Assembly: GCA_001770205.1 (NCBI GenBank)
Contig: MEQL01000031.1
Span: 62,001 to 119,352 of the forward strand
DNA length: 57,352 nt
From: Bdellovibrionales bacterium RIFOXYD12_FULL_39_22
GTDB taxonomy: Bacteria > Bdellovibrionota > Bacteriovoracia > Bacteriovoracales > Bacteriovoracaceae
Direction: 5' to 3'
Shown here: positions 41,901 to 50,902 of the stretch, piece by piece
Layout of the letters: each line of letters starts with the position of its first letter
Position numbering within the stretch: the first letter of the stretch is position 1
Made by a program: the position numbers and the translations under genes
Notes under the pieces: generated by a model
Told to the model about the DNA's origin: nothing
The model's database searches: none
What the model saw: only the letters and a program-made list of their open reading frames with translations

Positions 41901-42723
41901 AAACAAAGAGAAGTTAGATTTTTATATTGGGCGAAACGATAGAGCTGCTGTTCGCAAATTACTTGAAGCTTATCTACCTTGGCCTCAAATGGGGGCCTCG
42001 GAAGTTACCGCTTGGCGTAATTGGTTGGAGGCCATTGAGCATCCGGGAGAGAAAAAGGTTGTGGCCTTTAGAGGATTGGCCGAAGACTATGTCCCCAAAG
42101 GAGAAAAAGGGCCTTTCCTTATGTCAAAAATTTTAGTAAAAAATCAGGGCAATTATAATCGTCGGCTGCGCTCGCTGGAAACCAAAAGGAAGCTTTTGGG
42201 TTTTTCGAATTATCCTAGGAAAATATCGGCCAGCACGCTTAGCAGTTTTTTTGACGAGCATGCCAGTAGTCCGCTAGCGTCTAGTTTTCTCTCTTTTTCA
42301 AATTATCGAGTGGCCGGATCGTTTTCACGCATTATTGATAAGAGTGGGGGGCCAGGCATGAATATTGTGGCAGTGGCAATTGATGAACGAAGAATGATTC
42401 CCAATGCAATAAGTTCTTTTTTGAGAGAGGATGAAATTCTTACGCCACTAATTGTCTTTCCAGATGAAATTATAGCGTTAGTTGACGAAAGAGAATTGGG
42501 GGTTGGTACTTTTAACGAGGGAGATTTTTTCGCCAAAATAGAAAAGAAAATAGGTCGGAAGTTAACTCCCGCAGAAATTGATGGAGATACTACGGACTTT
42601 ATTAAAAACTCAATGACCTATTGGCAAAAATATATAAAACCTCCAGAGAACATTGATGTTAAAAAATTTGGCCCGGCCAATGAACAGACATGCGCGCAAT
42701 TGGCCAGTTTGCTTTTAAAATAG
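38938..42723 (+). CDS. Large secreted multi-domain protein: nucleoside phosphorylase-like, zincin-like and ADP-ribosyltransferase-like domains
   Basis: Signal/TM N-terminus; YIGTAGAL..VGDIVIP..VEIET..VSD; LEESYHYIQ; AFRG..FLSFS..EDEIL. Confidence 0.7.
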   Translation: MKIKNKIIIIVFLPILIVAGLLSTLPGHLPQIAVVKRDIASVKYSEFERLEYLLQLDRFLYYKSKFVEQFSDKLSKEIIGDIEAIGLQDLLDLEIDIEFLAKAQNYDGILFQILKEKGSLAKEEEISWGYNFLKNKLNDAFVVKWIDEKEGDFSVGPTARQNYLNIEVPAISKDGATMDVSQYISDRTTRAVFWESSEVGRPIEFHLGNERVFRKHLAVTGGKVLGEIKTVARNYNKIYLVQYADDDTAHLAITRVNGLDRLEHLLYEINLENNGQQMAKQVRVFGDLKEYLTVEEKRLTETLKQLPLADQVFIGQKRYFTNYFMAAEQFCALQEYFNKHPNSLAQVPEKQRKQLIKLLAANKVGEEIDFLKQASFLSDLFDKYEKELSLIAGLEQFSLESNAFDVSDMLIKSESGKVYRWRFVSNMWGDEVVPLARALKNSGHKNINYIGTAGALPNKGLDVGDIVIPKHACDDVSCVPILGKPVTPKNVKSGQGVIKVSSPFLENYSWVEKASSKADEVEIETKYLADIFSEKEDNLKVYLLVSDVLGSHQTLDNASSSARSKAISNLLMAIMEGEKIGFPDVINQGPSSSAGLEKMSKKVDPLYAYVTEQKVGKNSTAKGPVFTTEFFENRINLAQETLYRINQKIIQEVGFINFAINKDFVDGKWNPKTDNLEVYYPTEDSKVIAAIEKILAQETASLQKAEKTLLVHGARAPPDDSFYHFSFTKTPPLDFLLEMFSRNAYLKSGLYQETTATGKIKFKFLPTDKHSTLCSGDFCSLAFFAPDEATKKFLTVAKKITPEEGRAAINGLTAGVNPRPRNRNVLREVEIVKNLPNGNLAEIVPEIGDGGTLVIKMRFTEEGICNPLVVLEESYHYIQILGQAWGNNWPVIDAVMWAELSWNAKAGNAEARLALLQIEMDMVEYIANRFLASPFIRGMEDTLGDYLKARKVHLEKMLAEATSMVKQKEKEKRKLWMGQRTFFDALEKNKEKLDFYIGRNDRAAVRKLLEAYLPWPQMGASEVTAWRNWLEAIEHPGEKKVVAFRGLAEDYVPKGEKGPFLMSKILVKNQGNYNRRLRSLETKRKLLGFSNYPRKISASTLSSFFDEHASSPLASSFLSFSNYRVAGSFSRIIDKSGGPGMNIVAVAIDERRMIPNAISSFLREDEILTPLIVFPDEIIALVDERELGVGTFNEGDFFAKIEKKIGRKLTPAEIDGDTTDFIKNSMTYWQKYIKPPENIDVKKFGPANEQTCAQLASLLLK

Positions 42724-42773
42724 TGAATACAAAACCTGCTAATGTATTATGTCACGGCATCCGATAAGTAGGC

Positions 42774-43541
42774 ATGAGAGATAACAGCGGAAGCATTTTT
42801 TCGACAACTGTTGATGATGAAAGGGATATCATTGCGGATAACAAACGCAAGGATAGATTATTTTTCCATGATCTAATTAATCAAACACACAGCATTAATC
42901 TTTTTTTAGAGAATAGAATTTCTAGCGAGAAAGAGATCACGCTTACCGATGCTTCGATGTTAAAAAAAGAGATCGCAATTATTCAGGCGCTAATAGAGAA
43001 TCATTTTGGATACAAGCACAAAAATCTCGTTTCGCTTACCGAGTTTGTTAATTTTGATTTGCTCAAAAAGCATGTTGTTACTTTATGTGACAATTATTTT
43101 AGGCCATCACATATTAAGTTTGAAATCAAATACGATGAAGCATTTGCGGAAACTCATGGTGGAGATGGATGCAAGGTTCATCACTCATCGTTCATTAGAA
43201 TCTTGACTAATTTGGTAAAAAATATTGCGGAGATAAAATCTTCTCACGTAATACTTCATTTTTATCAATCGGAAAAAGGGTTGGAATTTATCATCAAAAA
43301 TAAATTTATTCATTACAAAGAGGGAAGTGTTGGCCAGCAAGAACACAAGATGGGTGGACTGGGAATTGAATCAGTGGCATATTTGTCTACTAATCTAGGC
43401 GGCCAATATAAATTTTTTCTTGAAGGGGACTATTGGGTTAGTAACATCTTCTTGCCCAACGCTACTGTGGGCCAATCTGTTGGCGAAAATGACACCAAAA
43501 CGAAACCGTCATCTTCCCAGCAAGAAAAAAATGCTGCGTGA
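42774..43541 (+). CDS. Sensorless GHKL histidine kinase-like protein
   Basis: FFHDLIN H-box, ILTNLVKN N-box, GGLGIESV G-box; no DxGxG. Confidence 0.7.
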   Translation: MRDNSGSIFSTTVDDERDIIADNKRKDRLFFHDLINQTHSINLFLENRISSEKEITLTDASMLKKEIAIIQALIENHFGYKHKNLVSLTEFVNFDLLKKHVVTLCDNYFRPSHIKFEIKYDEAFAETHGGDGCKVHHSSFIRILTNLVKNIAEIKSSHVILHFYQSEKGLEFIIKNKFIHYKEGSVGQQEHKMGGLGIESVAYLSTNLGGQYKFFLEGDYWVSNIFLPNATVGQSVGENDTKTKPSSSQQEKNAA

Positions 43542-43572
43542 TTTTACTCTGTATCGCAAGTATACTAAAGAC

Positions 43573-44784
43573 ATGCTCAGAACGAAATTCATCAAAAATT
43601 TCAAAATGGCGTTCTTTGTCTTCTGCTTGCTGGTAGTTTGGGCCTTACCGCTACTAGCAGTAGAGATAATAAGCTATATTCCCAAAGGAGAATCCTTAGG
43701 TCGAAAGGCAATGGAGATTGGACTTGCAAATAATATTCACATGGCCACCGGATACTATTCAAGTAGCGGCGAACTATCGCTATTACCGACACAAACAACT
43801 TTTTATCAATTAGACTCTGAGGGATATTGGAAATATGGTGCTTCGGAAAACTTTGATATTTTGGCGGGGATAAAATATCGCTACAATCTTTCAGAACAAG
43901 ATGGCACAGATCAATCATCTTATAACTTTGAGTCTTATTCTTTGGGTGGGAAGTATATATTGCGTGATGATCTGAGTAAGTGGACTTTGGGACTATCCTT
44001 GGATTTTAGAATGTCACTATATTCAAATGAAAAAGCTTCTGCGGCGGATGAAAAAATGATTCTCGGAGATGCGGGGATGACTCTTTTGGTTGGAGGGCAC
44101 CTAAATTATAAGGTGATCAAATATCACAATTTATCTACTTCTATTTATTATCATCTGGCCCCCGATAAATTACGTGACGCAATTGTCTATAATGTAGAGA
44201 GTTCTTGGCCTTATGAAAAAATGGCCTTGGCCATAGGCGTGGATGGATATTATTCATTGTATTCATCGGCCTTAGATACTGGCACAGATTCTTCGGTGGC
44301 CCCCACTGCTATTTATAATACTGGAGCAACAACTATTTATAACAACGATATCCAGCGTTTTGTGGCCCCCTTTATTGCGCTTTATCTAAGTGGCAAATCG
44401 TGGACCTTGGGGGTTAAGGGAGCGCAACGATTTTTGGGTTATAATACAGATAAGGCCAATGAGGTGAGTCTATTTCTTCGCTACAACGATAAAGGGGTTT
44501 TGCCGCTAACAGAAAAAATTGAGCGCTACAAGGAGTATGAAGTAGAGGCGTCAATTATCAAACTTTCCCCCCGTGGAAAATTTGTTAAAATTGATCAGGG
44601 AACTTCCAGCGATATCAATATTGGAATGAAGTTTGATATTTTTAAAATGGATTACTTCGGTGGAAATATACTTATTGCTTCGGGAATGGTGGCAGAAGTA
44701 GGGGCCGACTGGGCCATTATCAATCTGATGCAGCGATTTAATAATATGGAGATCAAAGAGGGATTTGTGGCCCGTGGTTATTGA
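43573..44784 (+). CDS. Putative outer-membrane beta-barrel protein with a small C-terminal domain (start 43573 or 43606)
   Basis: Signal peptide; alternating aromatic beta-strands; C-terminal VKIDQG..INIGMKFDIF resembles FlgT C-terminal domains. Confidence 0.6.
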   Translation: MLRTKFIKNFKMAFFVFCLLVVWALPLLAVEIISYIPKGESLGRKAMEIGLANNIHMATGYYSSSGELSLLPTQTTFYQLDSEGYWKYGASENFDILAGIKYRYNLSEQDGTDQSSYNFESYSLGGKYILRDDLSKWTLGLSLDFRMSLYSNEKASAADEKMILGDAGMTLLVGGHLNYKVIKYHNLSTSIYYHLAPDKLRDAIVYNVESSWPYEKMALAIGVDGYYSLYSSALDTGTDSSVAPTAIYNTGATTIYNNDIQRFVAPFIALYLSGKSWTLGVKGAQRFLGYNTDKANEVSLFLRYNDKGVLPLTEKIERYKEYEVEASIIKLSPRGKFVKIDQGTSSDINIGMKFDIFKMDYFGGNILIASGMVAEVGADWAIINLMQRFNNMEIKEGFVARGY

Positions 44785-44849
44785 GATGCAATGTTATAGG
44801 TATAGGTTAAAATAAAAACGGTAATAGGATATTTTATTGCAAACAAGGA

Positions 44850-45599
44850 ATGGGTGAAATGATTAGAAAATTTATTATTTTTTGGGGGGTATGTTTATTA
44901 TTAATACCATCGGCATTTGCTAAGCGATTTTCCAGCCAATATTGTGAGTTTGAATTGGCCCCTGGATGGAATTGTAATTTGGAAGGTTCAGAATGGGTTT
45001 GTCAAAATGAGAGTAATGCTGATCGAAAAAAAGAGGCAATAATAATCTTGGCGGCCAAGGAGCGAGGTGAAGAGGATTCGCAAGATAAATATTTGGCCTA
45101 TCTAAAAAAGGCCAAAACCTTTAGTTTACCAGGCGGAAAGGTTCAGGTTTCTGAAGCAAAGTATGCGGAGTTAAAAAAGATAGGAGATCAGACGTGGATT
45201 GATTCGCTCCATTTGGCCAGTGAGGTTCCTGGTTTTTATACTCGTTATTTGGCCACCATTAAAGAGGATCTTGGAATTGCTGTTACGTTTTCAGTTTCCA
45301 AGGAGAGTTATCAAGATTATCAAAAAATATTTGACCTAATGATTGAAAGCTTACGCGTTTTTAGACAGACCAAAGTTGATCCTTCCAAGTATGCTTTGAA
45401 AAAAGATGATAAGTTGTTAGATAATTCGGTTTTTATTCCAGACACCGATCAACCACATGATCTAAGTGGCAATAGTGGGAAAAAAGTAAAAGGATCCTCT
45501 GGTGCGGGATCGGCAATATGGGTAATAATAATTGCACTGGGCGTTGCCGGATTTGTCCTGATCAAATTTAAAAAGAAGAAGAAGAAGGCAAAAAAATAA
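44850..45599 (+). CDS. Hypothetical exported protein with C-terminal membrane anchor
   Basis: Signal peptide (SAFA); C-terminal TM plus poly-Lys tail. Confidence 0.75.
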   Translation: MGEMIRKFIIFWGVCLLLIPSAFAKRFSSQYCEFELAPGWNCNLEGSEWVCQNESNADRKKEAIIILAAKERGEEDSQDKYLAYLKKAKTFSLPGGKVQVSEAKYAELKKIGDQTWIDSLHLASEVPGFYTRYLATIKEDLGIAVTFSVSKESYQDYQKIFDLMIESLRVFRQTKVDPSKYALKKDDKLLDNSVFIPDTDQPHDLSGNSGKKVKGSSGAGSAIWVIIIALGVAGFVLIKFKKKKKKAKK

Positions 45600-45624
45600 A
45601 GTGATTATTAACACCAAAGCAGTT

Positions 45625-45657
45625 AAGAAAAGGGCCCAAAAACTGGGCCCTTTCTTT
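45625..45657. terminator. Bidirectional intrinsic terminator
   Basis: AAGAAAAGGGCCCA-AAAAC-TGGGCCCTTTCTTT between convergent genes. Confidence 0.85.
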
Positions 45658-45697
45658 GTGCGATTATTAGATATACTGACGAACTTTGTAGAAGATA

Positions 45698-46342
45698 TTA
45701 TTCTTCAACAGGAAGGCGTCGTTGATGTTCTCCGCGAATCCAAGATAGATCCATCATTAAAAGTAGTCCGCCATTTTCTCCATTAACGTCATTGCTTACG
45801 ACTGACATATTTCCAACACGCTGTCCGTCTCCAGAGTAAAAACGATAAGAGAGAATAGTTCCTTCAATTCCTAAATTAGATGGTATAAACACACCAAAAA
45901 CTTCTGGCCCCATGTAGAAGGTCATATTGTGAAATTCTTCGATGGTAAAAGCGATTGCTGGAAGCGTTCCGGCCGCAACTCCTGGCAGCGGTCGTCCACC
46001 GGGGAGAGTTAGCGGGTTTTCTGTGGAGAAATCGCCCTCTAGAAGATCAAGGAAATCAATATGAATAGTAACCAGAGTTCCTTCGCTTGTTAAATCTGGT
46101 TTGATTTCAACATAGGAGTTTGGAAATTTTTCTGGATCTGGAACAATACGAACTTCGCCCTCAATGGTGATGTTTTTGAAAGCAGTATTGATAAGAATAC
46201 CACCGTCATTAGCAATAACGCTTGGGCCAGTTACGCCTTCAATTTGGAAATTACTGTTGCCTTGTGTACATTTGCTGGCACCAAACATAAAGAATGCTGC
46301 AAGCAGAGATAAAACCACTGACGTGGCAATTTTAAGTCTCAT
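45698..46342 (-). CDS. Hypothetical lipoprotein, paralog A
   Basis: Signal ending ASKC; LTLPGGRPLPGV shared with its neighbour; RBS GGAGG. Confidence 0.85.
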   Translation of the reverse strand: MRLKIATSVVLSLLAAFFMFGASKCTQGNSNFQIEGVTGPSVIANDGGILINTAFKNITIEGEVRIVPDPEKFPNSYVEIKPDLTSEGTLVTIHIDFLDLLEGDFSTENPLTLPGGRPLPGVAAGTLPAIAFTIEEFHNMTFYMGPEVFGVFIPSNLGIEGTILSYRFYSGDGQRVGNMSVVSNDVNGENGGLLLMMDLSWIRGEHQRRLPVEE

Positions 46343-46516
46343 AGATACCTCCGTGTATAAAAATAATTATTGAACAAATGTCGCAAGGTATTTTATACCA
46401 AATAGCGCCTGGCCCGGCAATAAATTTGGCAGAATGCCAGACGAATCGAAACACCAAATAGAAAAATGGGGTCTCGATTCGTCAAAAAGAGTCTTATCTC
46501 TGACCGATATGCTATA

Positions 46517-47191
46517 CTAAATTAACTTTTTCAGTTGCGATTTAACATTAGCGTTCATGTCAAGCATTAAAAGAAATCCGCCATTGTTACCATTATTATC
46601 TTCACCAATTATACTGATGTTCCCAGTGCGTCTTCCGGCAGAATAGAAGCGAGCGGTTACCATTGAGCCTTGCATATTAAGGCCACGCACCGGAATAAAT
46701 ATTCCAAAGACTTGCGGACCTAGATAGAATGCCATATTTTTAAATTGTTCAATGCTGAAGGCGACAGCAGGAAGTCTTCCAGTTTTAACTCCAGGTAGTG
46801 GCCGGCCACCAGGCAGAGTCAAAGGATCAAGCAGTTCTAATCCTCCTCCAAAAATATCTTCCAACGAGACAGAAATTGCCATCATGGTTCCTGCACTTTG
46901 TAAATCAGGAGAAACCTCAATATATGAGTTTTTGTACTTAGGTACAGCGTAGCGCAATCCACCATCCACGCGAAGATTTTCAAACACCATGGAGATTAAG
47001 ACCGTGTCACCTAGAATGTTTACGTTAGGTCCACTAACACCTGGAATAGTTAAATTGTAGGTGGAGCAGTTTTGGCCAGTCGACTCATCACACTTTCCGC
47101 AGCTATAGATCATGGAAAGATCTAGAAGAAGTAGCGAAGCAAGCATCAGGTATCTAACAGATACCGTAGAAAAAAGTTTAAATGTTTTCAT
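46517..47191 (-). CDS. Hypothetical lipoprotein, paralog B
   Basis: Signal ending YSC; colinear similarity to 45698..46342. Confidence 0.85.
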   Translation of the reverse strand: MKTFKLFSTVSVRYLMLASLLLLDLSMIYSCGKCDESTGQNCSTYNLTIPGVSGPNVNILGDTVLISMVFENLRVDGGLRYAVPKYKNSYIEVSPDLQSAGTMMAISVSLEDIFGGGLELLDPLTLPGGRPLPGVKTGRLPAVAFSIEQFKNMAFYLGPQVFGIFIPVRGLNMQGSMVTARFYSAGRRTGNISIIGEDNNGNNGGFLLMLDMNANVKSQLKKLI

Positions 47192-47281
47192 GGTAGACTC
47201 ACAAAAGAGACGTCGTCCCTTTTGATGCCTAGCACTCTCTTTTCCGCTAACGAACCACGATCAAAAGACGTCCAACAGAGA

Positions 47282-47297
47282 AGCAAGGCGGTGTCCA
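47282..47297 (-). promoter_or_regulatory. Possible sigma54 promoter
   Basis: Minus strand TGGACACCGCCTTGCT = GG-N10-GC with TTGCT. Confidence 0.45.
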
Positions 47298-47405
47298 AAA
47301 TAGGTCAAATATGCGCACACTCTCCCGGTTCTTTTATGATAACACTCTGCGCAAAAAGTTCAAGGAGATTTTCCTAAGGCCTACAAATTTTGTTCCTTTT
47401 TATAA

Positions 47406-48095
47406 CTAAAGGAAGTTTAATATTGTTGGTAAGACCTCGAAAATACGATGTTGTGTAAAGGCAGAAATTCGTACTGTTGGTATGCCAGCAGCAAGAGAAG
47501 CCGCAATACCCGTCGGGGAATCTTCAAAAGTGACCACCTTATTGCTCGCTAGACGAAAAAATCTTAAGGCGGCCAAATAGGGGGAGGGAGATGGTTTGGA
47601 GCAAGCAGTATCTATATTGCTTGCTATTAGATCAAAGCTGTCAAGAATTCCGATTTTAGCAAGCATCGCTTTAACTATTTCGGGTTCGCTAGCACTTATA
47701 AGGGCCAGCTTGCAGTCTATTTGATGTTGACGAAGATAACGTATAAAGGCAAGCACTCCGGGTGTGAGAAGGGAATTAATTTGAGAGTCAGAGGTATTAC
47801 TTAGAATATCTATGATGGCCCTATTTTTTATGGCCAGAAATTCGATACTTGAAATTATTTGTGTTGTATTGGGCCTTGCACGCACAAGTTCGTTGTATAC
47901 ATCTAGATCCGTTTTGCCAATTAACTCATCTTCTCTTGTAAGTAAATCATGGAGATCAATTTTTAAATCATTTAAAATTTTTATAATGGTTTTGGCATGG
48001 ATAGGTTCAGAATTGATTATGGTCCCATCCATATCAAAAAAAATGGCCTGCTTGTTTTCAATAATTGCCTGTAATGTTTTTGAAAGTTGATGCAT
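47406..48095 (-). CDS. HAD-family phosphatase (beta-PGM-like)
   Basis: FFDMDGT, KPSPSPY, FEDSPTGI. Confidence 0.92.
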   Translation of the reverse strand: MHQLSKTLQAIIENKQAIFFDMDGTIINSEPIHAKTIIKILNDLKIDLHDLLTREDELIGKTDLDVYNELVRARPNTTQIISSIEFLAIKNRAIIDILSNTSDSQINSLLTPGVLAFIRYLRQHQIDCKLALISASEPEIVKAMLAKIGILDSFDLIASNIDTACSKPSPSPYLAALRFFRLASNKVVTFEDSPTGIAASLAAGIPTVRISAFTQHRIFEVLPTILNFL

Positions 48096-48118
48096 TGTTG
48101 TGCCCACGCATTTTGTTT

Positions 48119-49123
48119 TTATTTGTTAGTAGATTCTTGCGCAGATTGATTCTGCAAGATTATTTCTAATTTTTGAAGAACATTTTGGGTAACATCCTCT
48201 ATATTGCCGAGCATATTTATTGCCGCCGCATGATGATGTCCCCCCCCGCCAAGGGCCTCAGCGATGGTGCTTACATCAATATTTCCAGTGGAGCGTAGAC
48301 TAATTTTTACATGATCACCTGTTTGGCGAAACAGGCAAGCAATTTTTAAATTATCCAAAACTAACAAGTTGTTGATGAAGTGATGGGTGTCTTCAGGATC
48401 AACATTAAATTTCTTCAAGGTTTTTTCATCCAAAGTTAGCCAGGCAATAGTTTCGTTAGAGTTGATTTTTGCTAGAGAAAGAATATTTCCCAAAAGATGC
48501 ATATCACTTATTTTTTTATTACAGTAAATTCGATTGTAGGCGTTAGATGGTTTCATGCCACTATCGATCAACTTGGCAATTAAGCGGTGAGTTTTTCCTG
48601 TGACGCTGGGATAACGAAAACTATTGGTGTCAATTAAGATGGCAGTATAAAGGAGAAAAGCAATGTTTTGGTTGAGTTCAACTCCGAGAGCATCAATAAG
48701 TTGGCCAACAATCTCTCCCGTGGCGGAGGCCGTGACATCAATACAGTGCAGAGAGCGCAATTCAACCGGAGCAGGGTGGTGGTCGATGAAAAGAAGATTT
48801 TTGGCGTTTTTTACAAGCTCTTCAATCCCTGTCCCAATGCGACTAAGAGAATTGGTATCAGTAACAATAAAAAGATCTACGGTCTCTTTGAAATCTAGTT
48901 TGATAAATTGTTTATAGGATAGGATGTGTGATTTTTTATCAAGATGTTTATATTTGGCGGAAGTAGGATGTTGGTTAATACAGAGAACCTTTTTGCCCAA
49001 TTGTTCCAAGGCAATCTTTAGCGCCATCTGAGAACCAATACCGTCGGCATCTGGATGTTGATGAGTAGTTATAAAAATATTCCTGGCCGTTTTAGTCAGG
49101 GATTTAAAAAGCTCAATATTCAT
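48119..49123 (-). CDS. nrnA: DHH/DHHA1 phosphoesterase (NrnA-like)
   Basis: HPDADGIGS, IDHH, DTNSF, SLRS, GGGGHHHAA. Confidence 0.88.
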   Translation of the reverse strand: MNIELFKSLTKTARNIFITTHQHPDADGIGSQMALKIALEQLGKKVLCINQHPTSAKYKHLDKKSHILSYKQFIKLDFKETVDLFIVTDTNSLSRIGTGIEELVKNAKNLLFIDHHPAPVELRSLHCIDVTASATGEIVGQLIDALGVELNQNIAFLLYTAILIDTNSFRYPSVTGKTHRLIAKLIDSGMKPSNAYNRIYCNKKISDMHLLGNILSLAKINSNETIAWLTLDEKTLKKFNVDPEDTHHFINNLLVLDNLKIACLFRQTGDHVKISLRSTGNIDVSTIAEALGGGGHHHAAAINMLGNIEDVTQNVLQKLEIILQNQSAQESTNK

Positions 49124-49200
49124 AGTTATTGTATTACTCGGAAAGTGATGGTTTAACTTTATACATTCTTTTATACTATTGGGCACAACTGAGATTTATT

Positions 49201-50169
49201 ATGGCCGAGATTATTCGTTTAAATAAAGTGTCCAAAGATTATGCAGGAAATCCTGCGCTGAATGCTGTTTCTTTTTGCGTGAATAAGGGAACTATTCATG
49301 GATTACTCGGGCCTAATGGGGCCGGCAAATCAACGGCCATGAAAATCATTGCGGGATTAATTCCCGCAACAAGTGGTGTGGTCTACATAAATGGGGTTGA
49401 TGTGGCAAGAAATCCAGCGCTGGCCAGACGGGCCATCGGATTACTTCCGGAAAATCCGCCCTTATATTCTAATATGCGCGTGGAGAATTTTTTGAAATTT
49501 GTGGCACAGATAAATGGCATTAAGGGTAAAAGAATAGATGCGAGCGCCCAGGAGGTGATGGGCCGCTGTGGGTTGTTAGAGGTTCGTCGTCGGGCCATTG
49601 GTAATTTATCAAAAGGATATAAGCAACGAGTTGGAATTGCGCAGGCCTTGGTGGCCGGCCCAGAGGTAGTAATTTTAGATGAGCCGATGGTGGGATTAGA
49701 TCCTAATGCGATTGCGGAAATTCGCGCATTAATTTATGACTTAAAAAATAGTTGTACAGTACTTTTTTCTACTCATCAATTATATGAGGCCAATAAACTT
49801 TGCTCAGATATAACCATAATCAATAAAGGCGCTATTGTGCAAAGTGGGCCGATTGGAGAAATTCATCAAACCTTTCGACAGCATCAAGTTATCTGGGCAG
49901 AAGTTTTACGTTGGGATGAGAATATTCGACAAGAGTTTAAAAGGGAATTTGATTTTGCAGATATTGAGGTGGCAAAAGTAGACAATAAGTTTGGACTTAA
50001 ATTTATTGCTCGTGGAGAATTAGATTTGCGTGATTTATTAAGTAATGCTTTAGTGCAAAAAGGATGTGGATTGCTTTTCTTTCAGGAAGAGAAGATGGAT
50101 TTAGAAGATATTTTTAAACTGGCAGTGCCGGTAGAAAAGAAAAAGGTAGTAGATGAACGCAATTTCTAA
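49201..50169 (+). CDS. ABC transporter ATP-binding protein (GldA-like)
   Basis: GPNGAGKS, LSKGYKQRVGIAQAL, ILDEP, STH. Confidence 0.93.
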   Translation: MAEIIRLNKVSKDYAGNPALNAVSFCVNKGTIHGLLGPNGAGKSTAMKIIAGLIPATSGVVYINGVDVARNPALARRAIGLLPENPPLYSNMRVENFLKFVAQINGIKGKRIDASAQEVMGRCGLLEVRRRAIGNLSKGYKQRVGIAQALVAGPEVVILDEPMVGLDPNAIAEIRALIYDLKNSCTVLFSTHQLYEANKLCSDITIINKGAIVQSGPIGEIHQTFRQHQVIWAEVLRWDENIRQEFKREFDFADIEVAKVDNKFGLKFIARGELDLRDLLSNALVQKGCGLLFFQEEKMDLEDIFKLAVPVEKKKVVDERNF

Positions 50170-50896
50170 TATTAAGATTTTATTATTCAAGGAATTAAAG
50201 GATCAGTTTACTTCTCCCTTGATATATTCTTTGACGGGATTGTTTTGTCTGTTGATTGGTTGGTTGTTTTTTAACTACATGGTTTTGTCGAAAGATTATT
50301 ACAATGAGACTCTGACTACTTCGGTTATTATTCCTATTTTTGCCAATATGAATTTTATCTTTGTTCTTATTGCACCTCTTATTACGATGCGTTCTTTTGC
50401 CGAAGAGAAAAAGCAAAATACCATAGAGTTACTTTTTCTTTCTCATCTTGGCCCTTGGCAAATAATTATCGGAAAATTTTTGGCCGCTTGGATCGTGGCC
50501 ATTTTTATGATTGCCTTCACGGGATTATTTCCTCTGGTGTTGGCCTTATCGGGATATTCTGATTTCGGAGTGCTTTTTTCTAGCTACGCTGGACTAATCT
50601 GTACGGTGGCCTGTTTTGTAGCGGTAGGTATTTTTACATCGAGTTTAACAAACAATCAGATTTTTGCGGCGCTGTTGGCATTTTTTTTGATATTCATTTT
50701 AATGCTTTTAGTTTTGATAATGAATGTCTCCTATAATTATTTGTTGGCCCAAATATTACAATACTTAAGCAGCTCATTTCATTTTCAAGATTTTGTAAAA
50801 GGAGTCATCAAAAGTTACAACTTGATCTATTTTATTTCCTTTATTTTTTTCTTTTTTTACTTAACTCATGAGTCATTAGATTCGCGGAATTGGTGA
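50153..50896 (+). CDS. ABC-2 permease (GldF-like)
   Basis: KELK..FTSP, PLITMRSFAEEKKQNTIELL, GKF, TNNQI. Confidence 0.9.
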   Translation: MNAISNIKILLFKELKDQFTSPLIYSLTGLFCLLIGWLFFNYMVLSKDYYNETLTTSVIIPIFANMNFIFVLIAPLITMRSFAEEKKQNTIELLFLSHLGPWQIIIGKFLAAWIVAIFMIAFTGLFPLVLALSGYSDFGVLFSSYAGLICTVACFVAVGIFTSSLTNNQIFAALLAFFLIFILMLLVLIMNVSYNYLLAQILQYLSSSFHFQDFVKGVIKSYNLIYFISFIFFFFYLTHESLDSRNW

Positions 50897-50902
50897 TAGA
50901 CG

